Shown here piece by piece: positions 1-10,277 of a DNA stretch of 64,000 bases (the stretch's first letter is position 1; each line of letters opens with the position of its first letter). The DNA lies in NCBI GenBank assembly GCA_950054195.1, contig CATLPG010000011.1, positions 16 to 64,015 of the forward strand. Direction: 5' to 3'. This DNA is from an uncultured Saccharospirillaceae bacterium. Lineage in GTDB: Bacteria > Bacteroidota > Bacteroidia > Flavobacteriales_D > CAJJDF01. The position numbers were made by a program, and so were the translations under genes. The notes below the pieces were generated by a model. It was not told where the DNA came from. It saw only the letters and a program-made list of their open reading frames with translations, and made no database searches.

Positions 1-212
1 AATATTTATCATGGGGAGCAGGTCCAAGAGCTTCTCAAAATTTAATCATTGGAGCAAAGTGCCATGCTGCAATTAATGGAAAATATTCTCCAGATATTGA
101 AGATGTTAAGGCCGTAGCAATTCCAATTTTAAGACATCGTATCGTTAGAAATTACATAGCTGAAGCAGATGGCTATACTGTTGAGCGAATAATTGATGAG
201 TTAATGGATTAA
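1..212 (+). CDS. MoxR-family AAA+ ATPase, C-terminal part (gene starts before window)
   Basis: Frame from nt 3 reads YLSWGAGPRASQNLIIGAKCHAAINGKYSPDIEDVKAVAIPILRHRIVRNY...*, the typical MoxR lid (WGAGPRA, LRHR). Confidence 0.85.
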   Translation, partial: YLSWGAGPRASQNLIIGAKCHAAINGKYSPDIEDVKAVAIPILRHRIVRNYIAEADGYTVERIIDELMD

Positions 213-275
213 TTTAGTTAATCTCTCAACAATTATTAAAGTACTTTCACCTTCATATAATCAACCTTTATTAAA

Positions 276-305
276 GCAACCAATTGGGTGTGTTTTTCGT
301 TATAT
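276..305 (+). promoter_or_regulatory. Putative ECF-sigma promoter GCAACC-N16-CGTTATAT
   Basis: AAC/CGT ECF-type elements directly before ATG 310; near-identical motif at 48240-48268. Confidence 0.45.
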
Positions 306-309
306 ATAT

Positions 310-2940
310 ATGTTGAGGTATCTAATAATAACGTGTATATTACTAATTACTAGTACGCCTTTCATTTTTAGCCAATGTGGAACATCTATTGACTATAATC
401 AATGGAGTCCAGTAGGAAACAATGATGCAGAGTGGGCAGTGTCTACCGATGGATTAACTGTAACTCAATCTGAAAATACAGGAGCAAGTGCTTTTTTAAG
501 TGATGAAATCCTTTACAATGTAAAAATATCTGGAACTTTCCGATCCGATAATGGAGATGATGATTACTTAGGGTTTGTTATGGGCCATCGAGGAGTTACT
601 CCTTACAGCATGTACCTTTTTACTTGGAAGCAAGCACAGCAAGGTAGTAATCCAGAAGGATATTCCTTTTGGAATTTAACAAATAGATATGCACCAATAG
701 ATTACAATGTAACAACCCCTCCAAATAGTATTTTATTAGATTCTAGCTATGGAGTTGGAAAAGGATGGACGAGAAGCTTTGATCATAATTTTGAGATGCT
801 TTATACAGCTACTAATTCAACAATATTAATTGATGGAGATACTATTTTTGAGGTAGAAGATTGTTTTAATCCAGGAAGTTTTGGGTTTTATAATAGCTCA
901 CAGGCATCCTGTACATACTCGAACTTTAATTTTGAAATATTAGCTAACTTTTTTATTGAAAAAGATACGATCTGTTTAGGAGATTCTGGAAGTTTTAGGA
1001 TATTCTGTGACGAAATAGCCCCTAATTACTACGATTCTATCGTTTGGGATTTTGGAGATGGATCTCCTTTGAATATAGGAAGTAATAATCATGCTGTAAA
1101 ATATAAATATCCAGCCGTAGGAACATATACCGTAAATCTTTTTTTGAGACACAGAGGCTCAGGATGTACAGCATCTACAACTAAAACAATTGTAGTTGAA
1201 GATCAATTTCAAGCCACGCTAGGAAACGATACAATAATTTGTCCTAACACATCCACCTTATTAAATGTAAATACTTCTTCTGAAAATACAATTACTAGTT
1301 ATTTATGGAGTGATAGTTCTACGAACAGTAGTATTATAGCAGATAGTACTGATTCTTATCATGTGGAAGTATATAATCAACATGGATGCGTAGATAGAGA
1401 TACACTGTTTTTAAATGTGCAATCCCCCTTTATGATTGACTATGACACAGTAGATGCTACTTGTTTTCAATCAGCAGATGGAGAACTAAATATACTTTCT
1501 CCCTTAGGTAATTTCGACTATCAAATTAACAGTGATCCTTTTGTTACAACTCCTATTTTTTCTTCTTTAACCGCTGGAAATTATAGTTTGACTGTTAGGG
1601 ATTCAGTTGGTTGTACCCAAGATACGAGCTTTGTAATTAATGAACCTCAGGCTTTGGATGTAAGTTTACTATCAACAAAAGAGGTAAGATGTTTTGGTTT
1701 ATGTGATGGAAGAGTGCAATTGACAGCAACCGGAGGAAGTTTTCCTTATGGTTTTTACGTTCAAGGAAATCAATTAAATGATACGGTTACATCACCACTT
1801 TGTAGTGGAGTTTATAAGGGAATTGTTATTGACTCAAATTTCTGTGTAGATTCAGTGGATTTTACAATTAATGGTCCTTCTCCTATAACAATATCTACAA
1901 ATGATGATAGCATTTGTATTGGAGAACCAACAACGCTATCAGTTAGTGCTGGTGGGGGAAGTTTAAATCCGGGAAGTGATTATACTTATAACTGGAATAA
2001 CGCAGGAAGTGTACAAGGTGAAAATTTATCAAATGTTTATCCTTTAGAGGATACGATTTATCAAGTATACGCTTTAGACGATAGTTTATGTTCTTCAGAT
2101 ACCATATCTCTTAGAATAAATTTAAATCCAGTCTTTGATTTTAGTGCAACTGTAACCAGTGATTGTCCTATATTAACAACCGAGTTTATTCCTGATCTAC
2201 AAAATAACATAGCCATTAGCACTGCCTTGTGGGATTTTGGAAATGGGAGTACTTCAGATAATTATAATGACAATATAGTATCTTATTCAGAAGATGGTTT
2301 GTATACTCCAAGCTTAACTGTTACTTCTGATAAAGGATGTGTAGGTACAGTTACCAAAAATGATTATATAGAGGTTTTTGTTGAGCCTATCGCAGATTTT
2401 TCCTATTCTCCTTATCCAGAAAACGCAACGGTTCTTAACCCAGATTATTACTTTACAAATACAAGTTTGGATGCAGATAGTTACATATGGGATATGGCTG
2501 GATTAGATACGTTGACAACTGATAATCCTTCTTTTAGATTTAGTGAATTAACTGAAAAATCTTATTTAATTACACTTATTGCAAATACAGATAATGGTTG
2601 TTCAGATACAGTTTCAAAAACCGTTATCGTTGAAAATGAGTTTTTTGTGTATGTGCCTAGCGCTTTTTCACCCAATGGAGATGGAATAAATGATCTTTTT
2701 AAGCCTACTACTAACGGAATTACTTTTGATAGTTATGAGTTTTTAGTGTTTAATAGGTGGGGACAAGTCATTTTTTCTACAAATCTCCAAGATCACCCAG
2801 GCTGGGATGGTACATTTAATAATGAATCTCCGGTTGCTGGAATATATTCGTGGAGGTTAGAAGGAATAACCTATTTAGAATATGGAACAGGTATTGAAAG
2901 TGAAGTTCTTTATAATGGAACAGTTACTCTTTTAAAATAG
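310..2940 (+). CDS. T9SS type B cargo: thrombospondin C-terminal-like lectin domain + PKD + SprB-like repeats + gliding-motility CTD
   Basis: Signal peptide; GTFRSDNGDDDYLGFVMG...FTWKQ (TSP_C-like); WDFGDG/WDFGNG PKD motifs; C-terminal YVPSAFSPNGDGINDLF...FNRWGQ...WDG...GTVTLLK. Confidence 0.85.
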   Translation: MLRYLIITCILLITSTPFIFSQCGTSIDYNQWSPVGNNDAEWAVSTDGLTVTQSENTGASAFLSDEILYNVKISGTFRSDNGDDDYLGFVMGHRGVTPYSMYLFTWKQAQQGSNPEGYSFWNLTNRYAPIDYNVTTPPNSILLDSSYGVGKGWTRSFDHNFEMLYTATNSTILIDGDTIFEVEDCFNPGSFGFYNSSQASCTYSNFNFEILANFFIEKDTICLGDSGSFRIFCDEIAPNYYDSIVWDFGDGSPLNIGSNNHAVKYKYPAVGTYTVNLFLRHRGSGCTASTTKTIVVEDQFQATLGNDTIICPNTSTLLNVNTSSENTITSYLWSDSSTNSSIIADSTDSYHVEVYNQHGCVDRDTLFLNVQSPFMIDYDTVDATCFQSADGELNILSPLGNFDYQINSDPFVTTPIFSSLTAGNYSLTVRDSVGCTQDTSFVINEPQALDVSLLSTKEVRCFGLCDGRVQLTATGGSFPYGFYVQGNQLNDTVTSPLCSGVYKGIVIDSNFCVDSVDFTINGPSPITISTNDDSICIGEPTTLSVSAGGGSLNPGSDYTYNWNNAGSVQGENLSNVYPLEDTIYQVYALDDSLCSSDTISLRINLNPVFDFSATVTSDCPILTTEFIPDLQNNIAISTALWDFGNGSTSDNYNDNIVSYSEDGLYTPSLTVTSDKGCVGTVTKNDYIEVFVEPIADFSYSPYPENATVLNPDYYFTNTSLDADSYIWDMAGLDTLTTDNPSFRFSELTEKSYLITLIANTDNGCSDTVSKTVIVENEFFVYVPSAFSPNGDGINDLFKPTTNGITFDSYEFLVFNRWGQVIFSTNLQDHPGWDGTFNNESPVAGIYSWRLEGITYLEYGTGIESEVLYNGTVTLLK

Positions 2941-3047
2941 TAACAATATAAAAATCAATGAATAGAAGCCTTAAATAGATATTTTAAGTGTTTTTACTTA
3001 GTTGATTTATGTATATTTTTATTATACTTGCGGGACAAGTTAATAAT

Positions 3048-5258
3048 ATGTTAAAATTTTCTTTGCCAATAGCTTTATCACTGGCAATTTCAGTCACCTT
3101 CGGTCAAAATTATAATTTAAGTAATACCTACAAACCCTTATCCTGTAAAGGGGAGATACCATCTGATTTTTTCAAAACTTTTTCAGAAGAATTTGATAAA
3201 GATATTACAGAGCTAAGAGCAAGTGGAGATTCTCGTAAAGAAAAAAAAATCAAAGAAAAATTTTATTTAAGAGTAAACTTTGATTTAGATAACTTGCTGA
3301 ATAGCGGTTATGTTTTGTTTGGTGATACGTTGTCTACTTATATTCAAAAGGTAGGAGACCGTGTGTTGTCATCAACTAAGCTGAACGAAAAAATTAGATT
3401 TTACATATTAAAGAGTAGTGAGGTTAATGCTTTTGCAACTGATAAAAACATTGTTTTTGTTACCGTTGGTTTATTATCGCAAGTAGAAAATGAAGCTCAG
3501 TTGGCTTATATATTAGCTCATGAGGCTTCACACATAATTTTTAAGCATAGTATTGAGCGATATGAAAGAAGTGTAAATGAAAAAAATAATGTAAGAAAAG
3601 GAAGAGAATCCTATGAAGGGCTAGTTGAAAAGCTGAGTGATTTTTCCCAAGAAAATGAATTTGAAGCAGACCGTAATGCACTTAAAATAATCAAAGAAGT
3701 TGGATATAATGAAAAGGCTAGTGTTGAATCGATGTATGTTTTAAAATATTCTCATTTACCTTTCGATGACGTTAAGTTTAATACAGATTATTTCAATACA
3801 AAAAACTTTACTGTTGCAGATTCTCTTTTTAAACCTATTAAAGAGGAAACTGAAGAAGAAATTGAATCAGGAATAGAATATAGAACTCACCCAGAGATTG
3901 ACGATAGAATTACCGAGTTAAGGGATCGTTTAACTGATAAGCCTGGAAAAACATTTTTATTATCGGAAAGTGATTTTAACAGTATTCAAGAAATAGCAAG
4001 GATGGAAAACCTAAGATTAAACTTGCAAAGTAGGAGTTTAATTAGGGTAGTATATGAAGGAGCACTATTAGAAAAAAAGTATCCAAATAATCAATACGTT
4101 AAGGATTGTATTTCTAAAGCTGTTTATGGTATAGCAAAACTAAAAGTAACTGGTAATTCAGATAAATTTGATGAAGGTCTGATAGAGGATTATACAGAAT
4201 ACTATAAATTATATCAATTCTTTTATGATCGTTTAGATAAAGACAACGCGATGGCATTAAGTGTTTTGCATTTGTCAAAAGCAAGTCTTGATGACAATGA
4301 AAGAAAAGCTTTTATAAAAGATCTTGCTTCAAAATTTAAGTCTAAATACAGTATTACTTATAACGATTTTTATGATTGGACTCCAAAAATAGACTCAGTT
4401 AATGAGGCAATTGACACGACAAAATCATTATCAAAAGTTGAAAAGCTTGAACTTAAGAACAAGAAAGAAATAGTTGAGACTAATTCATTTGTTTACGCTG
4501 CTTTAAAAGAAAGTGTAAATGATTCACTAACAAAATTAGTTTTTGAGGAAGTTCAAGCCTACAGAGATACTGGAGATGACGGGGTAATAAGCCTTGATGG
4601 AATGTCATATGATGAGAGGTTAAAGTTTTTAAATAAATACAATAAAAAAAATAAAGTAGGTATCGATTCTTTACTTGTTCTAGAGCCAACAGTATTTTAC
4701 ATAAAAAACAATGTGAAAAAATCGCTGCTAGCATCTGAAAAGAAAAAACAAGTATTCGAAAAAAACCTTCGAACAAACCTTTCAAAAACAAACCTTAAAA
4801 TTAAGTATATCTCTCGCTACGGTTTAGATACTCTTGATATTTCAGAATACAACGCAACTATGCTTATTAAAGAAACGTTGATGGAAATATTTGATGCAGA
4901 ATCAGATGAAATTCTACCCCTTACCAAAAATCGATTGAATGATTTGCCTTCAGCTTATCAGGGATATAAAAATATTCTTATTAGTGGGTTTTATTCAGAA
5001 AAGGAAACTTTATATGAAGATCCAACATGGACACTAAATGTCGTTAAATATATATTTTTGGCTGTATATAACCCCTTAACAGTACCTGCTGCAATAGCTA
5101 CAGGTTATGGTAAATCAAGATGGAATTATTACTATTTAAGTATTTATGACGTTGAAAATGACTATACAATTTTTATAGATGAGCGTGTCACTAAGGGAGC
5201 TACAAGTAGTCAAACTCAAAGCAATGTATTAAGCCACACATTATCACCATTAAAATAA
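3048..5258 (+). CDS. M48-family zinc metalloprotease with large C-terminal extension (copy 1)
   Basis: EVNAFA, QLAYILAHEASH (HExxH), QENEFEAD, THP motifs; signal peptide starting at Met 3048 (ORF track starts 3009). Confidence 0.85.
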   Translation: MLKFSLPIALSLAISVTFGQNYNLSNTYKPLSCKGEIPSDFFKTFSEEFDKDITELRASGDSRKEKKIKEKFYLRVNFDLDNLLNSGYVLFGDTLSTYIQKVGDRVLSSTKLNEKIRFYILKSSEVNAFATDKNIVFVTVGLLSQVENEAQLAYILAHEASHIIFKHSIERYERSVNEKNNVRKGRESYEGLVEKLSDFSQENEFEADRNALKIIKEVGYNEKASVESMYVLKYSHLPFDDVKFNTDYFNTKNFTVADSLFKPIKEETEEEIESGIEYRTHPEIDDRITELRDRLTDKPGKTFLLSESDFNSIQEIARMENLRLNLQSRSLIRVVYEGALLEKKYPNNQYVKDCISKAVYGIAKLKVTGNSDKFDEGLIEDYTEYYKLYQFFYDRLDKDNAMALSVLHLSKASLDDNERKAFIKDLASKFKSKYSITYNDFYDWTPKIDSVNEAIDTTKSLSKVEKLELKNKKEIVETNSFVYAALKESVNDSLTKLVFEEVQAYRDTGDDGVISLDGMSYDERLKFLNKYNKKNKVGIDSLLVLEPTVFYIKNNVKKSLLASEKKKQVFEKNLRTNLSKTNLKIKYISRYGLDTLDISEYNATMLIKETLMEIFDAESDEILPLTKNRLNDLPSAYQGYKNILISGFYSEKETLYEDPTWTLNVVKYIFLAVYNPLTVPAAIATGYGKSRWNYYYLSIYDVENDYTIFIDERVTKGATSSQTQSNVLSHTLSPLK

Positions 5259-5267
5259 ATTTAAAAC

Positions 5268-5948
5268 ATGAAATTACTGACCACACATTCTCTCATCTTT
5301 ACTTTTATTTTCTTTTTATCATTTAATAGTAATAGTCAATCTATATCAAAAAAAATATCAACATTTACAATAAATACATCTTTTAAACCAAGCCCTTTGT
5401 ATGGATTGAGTCTAGGATACACTCTTTATGATGAGGACCCTAGCCTTGCTCCATTTGTAACCTTAGAGTTAGATTATAAAATTAAACTATCTAGAAAAGT
5501 AGCATTTGGGATTATCTACACCAGAAGTTCACATAGTTTAGCACCAGAGGATAATGGATCAATACCAAAGTTTGCTCTTAATGAATTTGGAGGAAGCATA
5601 AATTATTATCTAAGGGGCAATTTTGCTCCAGTAGGTAACTACTTTAGTTTTTTTATGAAATACTCTAATGCTTCAATAGAAGGTATTAGAGGATATAAGA
5701 ATAATCAATTCATAGATGGAGACTATAAACACAATGCTTTAGCATTTGGAGTTTCATGGAATGGCATGTGGTTTTTTACAGATAATTCTCCTTTATACCT
5801 AAACTATGGATTTGGTTTTGCCTACAGAGATTATACTTCTGATCATTATTTTAATGAAAAAAAAACAGACGAATTTTACAATGTTGCATTTCAATTAGCA
5901 ATAAGAGAGTCTGTTTTTGCTAATGTTGGCTTAGGAGTCTGGTTTTAA
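5268..5948 (+). CDS. Outer-membrane beta-barrel protein, unknown function (copy 1)
   Basis: Signal peptide, alternating amphipathic strands, C-terminal VGLGVWF beta-signal. Confidence 0.7.
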   Translation: MKLLTTHSLIFTFIFFLSFNSNSQSISKKISTFTINTSFKPSPLYGLSLGYTLYDEDPSLAPFVTLELDYKIKLSRKVAFGIIYTRSSHSLAPEDNGSIPKFALNEFGGSINYYLRGNFAPVGNYFSFFMKYSNASIEGIRGYKNNQFIDGDYKHNALAFGVSWNGMWFFTDNSPLYLNYGFGFAYRDYTSDHYFNEKKTDEFYNVAFQLAIRESVFANVGLGVWF

Positions 5949-5959
5949 AATCAATTTTA

Positions 5960-8140
5960 ATGAATAATTTTTTATATACACTAGTACTAGTCGTCTTTTT
6001 TAGTTTTTCAGGGTTTCAGCAAGCTCAAAACTTATCTGATAACTATAAACCTCTTACTTGTAAAGGCGCGTTAAGCACTGATTTGTCAACCGACTATATG
6101 GTTTTGGCTAATAAAGAAATTGATATTGCTCAATCAAAAGGAATGTTAATTACTGCAGATGTGAGAGATTTCTTTGTTGGTAATAATGCCGATCTAAATA
6201 ATTTGTTTTTTAGTGGTAAAGTACTTTTTGGAGATGAAGTAACAAAGTATGTACAATCTGTTGGGAACCGAATTTTAGAAAAAAATGACATTAAAAGAGA
6301 TATTAGGTTTTATGTTTTAAAATCAAGTGAGGTAAATGCATTTGCAAATCAAAATAATATCATTTTTATAACTATTGGCTTGCTTACTCAGTTAGAAAAT
6401 GAAAGTCAGTTAGCGTTTGTACTTGGTCATGAAATCACCCATATTGTTAAAGATCACAGTATTGTTGGCTATCAGCATACACAGGATAAAAGTAGAGACT
6501 TTGCTAATGGTTTATCTACTTATGATGACCTTGTACAAAATTTGAGTGATTATTCTCAAGAAAATGAGCTTGAATCAGATAAAATGGGGTTGGAATTAAT
6601 CAATAAAGCTGGTTATACTTCATCAAGTTCTGTAGGTGTAATTAAAGTGCTAAAGTATGGATTACTCCCTTACGATGAACAAGTATTTGATCGTTCGTTC
6701 TTCAATACGAGTAACTTTACTCTCGAAGAATCCAACTTTGCTAAAAATATTGAAGTAGTTCCTGATAAAGAGAGTGATTTTGAAACGCACCCGGAAGAAA
6801 ACGAACGAATTAATAAGCTAGAAAAAATGATAAAAGCTGATAATGGAGAAGAATATATGATCTCTAAAGATCAGTTTTTATACATCCGTGATCTGGCAAG
6901 GTTCGAAAACCTTAAGGTTAATCTTTTAAAGAAAGAATTTATTCGATCATTATATGAATCCTACTTGTTACAACAAACATATCCTAACAATGAGTTTGTT
7001 AAAGATGTTCAAGCTAAATCAATATATGGTATTGCTAAAGTTATGAATTCTATTGATGAAGACATACTCGAAGAGTCAATCACCAAAGAATTATCTGTTA
7101 GTGAATACTATAATTTATATAGTCTACATTATTATAACCTAGAAGACAAAGAGCAGTTAGCCTTAGCCATATCTTATTTAGCACACCAAAATGATAGTGA
7201 CTATAATAAGTATATTGAAGATCTAATTGTTGATTTGAAAACTGAACATGAAGTTGTTTATAGTGATTTTAAATGGGCAATTGATAAAGACAAAAAGAAA
7301 GAAGAAAAGGAGGAAGTTGATGAATCAAAATTAAGTAAAGTAGAAAAGCTAGAAAAACTCTCCTCAGAATCAGTAGAAAAAGAGAATAGCATGATGGTAG
7401 CTGCTCTAGCAGCAAGTACAAAGAATAAGGATGTACTAGACTTATTTATTGATGTCCAAGATAGGAAGATTGACAAGGAATCAAAGTCAAATAAAAAATC
7501 TAATTTAACTAGCGCTGCAGAAAAAAAAGAAAGAAGAAAGAAAAATAGAAAGTTATCCCTTTCTGTTGATTCCCTTTCTCTAATAGATCCCTTCTTTTAT
7601 TCGGATAAAAAGTCACTTGAACAAACGTTAGTTGGAAGTCGTAAACGAAAATCTGAATTTGTGGCCATGTTTAAGGATCAAATGGATGATATGGATATTT
7701 ACGTAAAATCTTACACCAAAGAAGACATTTCAATAGGTAATATAGATGACTTCAATGATCATGTAGTAAAGCGAGAGTATTTAAAAGAGTTCTTTGATTC
7801 AAAAGACTTCGACATGATACCATTGTTTAAAGAAGAACTTTTAGCCTCAATTAAAGACAACAACCAGCCTACTAAATTTATGTTAACAGGTGCTGTTTCC
7901 TATAAAAATAATACACCAAATGCCACAGGGTTATTATTAGGTATTCTTAATCCAGTAATGGGGATAATGGCAGTAACAGTTCAAAATTCACATTTTTACA
8001 AAAGTAATTATTATTACCTAGCTCTTTATGATATTGAAAAGGAAGATTTTGTCTTTTATGATGAATTGTATCTGGCGGGAAGACCAGACTATTTTAAAGA
8101 ATTAAATATGTTACGAAATGTTTTGGAACCATTTAAATAA
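5960..8140 (+). CDS. M48-family zinc metalloprotease (copy 2, paralog of 3048-5258)
   Basis: EVNAFA, QLAFVLGHEITH, QENELESD, THP; collinear with copy 1 (YKPLxCKG, LSKVEKLE, YYYLxxYD). Confidence 0.85.
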   Translation: MNNFLYTLVLVVFFSFSGFQQAQNLSDNYKPLTCKGALSTDLSTDYMVLANKEIDIAQSKGMLITADVRDFFVGNNADLNNLFFSGKVLFGDEVTKYVQSVGNRILEKNDIKRDIRFYVLKSSEVNAFANQNNIIFITIGLLTQLENESQLAFVLGHEITHIVKDHSIVGYQHTQDKSRDFANGLSTYDDLVQNLSDYSQENELESDKMGLELINKAGYTSSSSVGVIKVLKYGLLPYDEQVFDRSFFNTSNFTLEESNFAKNIEVVPDKESDFETHPEENERINKLEKMIKADNGEEYMISKDQFLYIRDLARFENLKVNLLKKEFIRSLYESYLLQQTYPNNEFVKDVQAKSIYGIAKVMNSIDEDILEESITKELSVSEYYNLYSLHYYNLEDKEQLALAISYLAHQNDSDYNKYIEDLIVDLKTEHEVVYSDFKWAIDKDKKKEEKEEVDESKLSKVEKLEKLSSESVEKENSMMVAALAASTKNKDVLDLFIDVQDRKIDKESKSNKKSNLTSAAEKKERRKKNRKLSLSVDSLSLIDPFFYSDKKSLEQTLVGSRKRKSEFVAMFKDQMDDMDIYVKSYTKEDISIGNIDDFNDHVVKREYLKEFFDSKDFDMIPLFKEELLASIKDNNQPTKFMLTGAVSYKNNTPNATGLLLGILNPVMGIMAVTVQNSHFYKSNYYYLALYDIEKEDFVFYDELYLAGRPDYFKELNMLRNVLEPFK

Positions 8141-8840
8141 AATAATAGTATTGATATTGTTGGTGTGTTCATTATCGAGCACAGCACAATTTAACTTAGC
8201 TAAAAGAACGACTTTAGAGGCTCACTTAGGTGTTCGAGCACATGGATATTTATATTCTGATTTAGAAGAAGGTATTATACCAGAAAGATTTTTTAGTATC
8301 TACCCAGAAGTGCAAATTAAAACTAGAGTTTCCCGTAAAGTAGCTATAGGAGCTTTATACGGTTATAGTAAAAAGAAAGTATTACAAGCGGATCGATTTA
8401 GAGAAGTTGTGCCTTCTAGTGACCATACTATTTCATTAGTGGAGTATGGGGTTACATTAAGTTACTTTACTCAAGATAATTTCGCACCCATTGGGAATAA
8501 TATATCATTTACCTACAAGCAATCAAATGCAACAATTGTAGATTTGGAAGTTTATGATATAAACACTAATACTACTACAAAAGCAGATGTAGTTAATAAC
8601 ACTTTTGCCTTAATACTATCGTATAACGGTATGCGTTTTCTTTCAAAAAAAGCACCTATCTATTTTCATTATAGTTTAGGGGTTGGATATCGGAATTTAT
8701 ATTCTGATGTAAGATTTGGAGGAAAGCTAATAGAAGAAGACGACAACACCGAAGTGGAAGACGCAGTATTACCCATCAGAGGACTATTATATAAAAAACA
8801 ACTTTTTGAGGCTAAACTAGGTTTAGGATATTGGTTTTAA
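8118..8840 (+). CDS. Outer-membrane beta-barrel protein (copy 2, paralog of 5268-5948)
   Basis: Signal peptide; SRKVAxG and NFAPxGN shared with copy 1; ends LGLGYWF. Confidence 0.7.
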   Translation: MFWNHLNKIIVLILLVCSLSSTAQFNLAKRTTLEAHLGVRAHGYLYSDLEEGIIPERFFSIYPEVQIKTRVSRKVAIGALYGYSKKKVLQADRFREVVPSSDHTISLVEYGVTLSYFTQDNFAPIGNNISFTYKQSNATIVDLEVYDINTNTTTKADVVNNTFALILSYNGMRFLSKKAPIYFHYSLGVGYRNLYSDVRFGGKLIEEDDNTEVEDAVLPIRGLLYKKQLFEAKLGLGYWF

Positions 8841-9410
8841 ATCTTGTATTAATTTTAATACTTGCGGAATAACTAATTCATCCCCTTCATTGTTAATGAT
8901 ATAATCAGCTAATTGAATTTTCTTCTCTTGTGACCACTGGTTAGCCATGCGGCTTTCAACTGCCTCTCTAGTAGTTTGATCTCGATTAATTACACGCCTA
9001 ATTCGCTCTTCTTTAGAAGCCGTTACAAGTATCGTTTTATCAAAATATTTGTCAGAGCCGGTTTCAAATAAAATAGCGGCTTCTTCAAAAACAATTGAAC
9101 TATCTTGCCTTGTACACCAAAGTTTGAAATCTCTTTTAACAGCTGGATGAACGAGCGAATTTAATTTTTCTAACGCCTTTTTATCTTTAAAAACAATAGA
9201 TGCAAGTTTTTGACGATCAATAGTTCCATTAGATGAATAGATGTCTTCACCAAACACTTTTTTTATTGAAGAAACAAGCTCACTATCCTTAACCATGAGT
9301 TCTTTGGCTCTGGTATCAGCAATATAAACAGGATAACCTAACGCTTGGAATATTTTGGCTACAGTAGATTTTCCCGAGCCAATACCACCTGTTAGTCCAA
9401 CTTTAATCAT
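8823..9410 (-). CDS. coaE: Dephospho-CoA kinase
   Basis: GLTGGIGSGKST P-loop, LNSLVHPAV, EAAILFE. Confidence 0.97.
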   Translation of the reverse strand: MIKVGLTGGIGSGKSTVAKIFQALGYPVYIADTRAKELMVKDSELVSSIKKVFGEDIYSSNGTIDRQKLASIVFKDKKALEKLNSLVHPAVKRDFKLWCTRQDSSIVFEEAAILFETGSDKYFDKTILVTASKEERIRRVINRDQTTREAVESRMANQWSQEKKIQLADYIINNEGDELVIPQVLKLIQDLKPIS

Positions 9411-9426
9411 TTTAATAATGATTGAA

Positions 9427-9744
9427 CTATCGCTTAGATTGTATGTGCTCGTTAAAGTTACTAATAAGTGCAGTTTTCTCTACTCTCATGGTTGCTCCAC
9501 TTTCTACTTTAATAGTAACCGTTGAATCACTCATAGAAGTGATTTTACCGTGTATTCCTCCAATAGTAACAACTGCTGAACCTACAGCTAATGCTTCTCG
9601 GTATTGCTTTTGTTCTTTTTGCTTTTTTAACTGCGGACGAATAAAGAAGAAGTAAAAAACTAGAATAATAGCAACTATAAATAAAATATTTGATAGTCCA
9701 CCACCGCCCATAGCTGATTGTAATAGTATATAAGATGTATTCAT
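9427..9744 (-). CDS. yajC: Preprotein translocase subunit YajC
   Basis: TM helix + YFFFIRPQ...VVTIGGIHGKI. Confidence 0.95.
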   Translation of the reverse strand: MNTSYILLQSAMGGGGLSNILFIVAIILVFYFFFIRPQLKKQKEQKQYREALAVGSAVVTIGGIHGKITSMSDSTVTIKVESGATMRVEKTALISNFNEHIQSKR

Positions 9745-9756
9745 TTTCTTTTTTGT

Positions 9757-10191
9757 TTAATTTTTTTGTATTTCAGGTCCAACCACTGTTCCTTCTATAA
9801 AAGCTTGAACCGAAGTTGGGTTAGTATTTGCTTTAATATCGATAGATTTTTTTACAATTCCTACTCGATTTTCACTGTTAAACACAACGTCAATCTGTCC
9901 TTTTTCACCTGGCTTTATAGGTTTTTTAGGCCAGTTTTTAGGAATAGTACAGCCACAAGATCCATTAACAGATCCTATCACTAATGTGCCCTTCCCTGTG
10001 TTAGTAAAAACAAAAGTATGTTTAACCACATCACCTTCTATAACCGTACCAAAGTTATAGGTTTGCTCATCAAATGTGATTTCAGGAGGATATTCTTGAT
10101 CGATAATTTCTGCGTAATTATCATCAGTTATTGTTTTACCACCACAAGAAATAACTGACAGGAAAAATGTTGCGTAAAGAAAATATCTCAT
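9757..10191 (-). CDS. DUF1573 Ig-like lipoprotein
   Basis: Lipobox VISC after Met 10191 (ORF track 10239); FTNTGK...SCGCT...PIKPGE; usual position between nusB and yajC in Bacteroidota. Confidence 0.85.
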   Translation of the reverse strand: MRYFLYATFFLSVISCGGKTITDDNYAEIIDQEYPPEITFDEQTYNFGTVIEGDVVKHTFVFTNTGKGTLVIGSVNGSCGCTIPKNWPKKPIKPGEKGQIDVVFNSENRVGIVKKSIDIKANTNPTSVQAFIEGTVVGPEIQKN

Positions 10192-10277
10192 GTGCTTAGA
10201 AAAATAATTGGTTCGTAATGTACTTTTTATTTTGTTCATAGCAGTAGGTATACCTATTTATTTCAACCCAATTGGGT

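Noticed and set aside
10264-10277. Palindrome AACCCAATTGGGTT after nusB
   Set aside because: Short, no U tract, inside a conserved operon; no supportable function.
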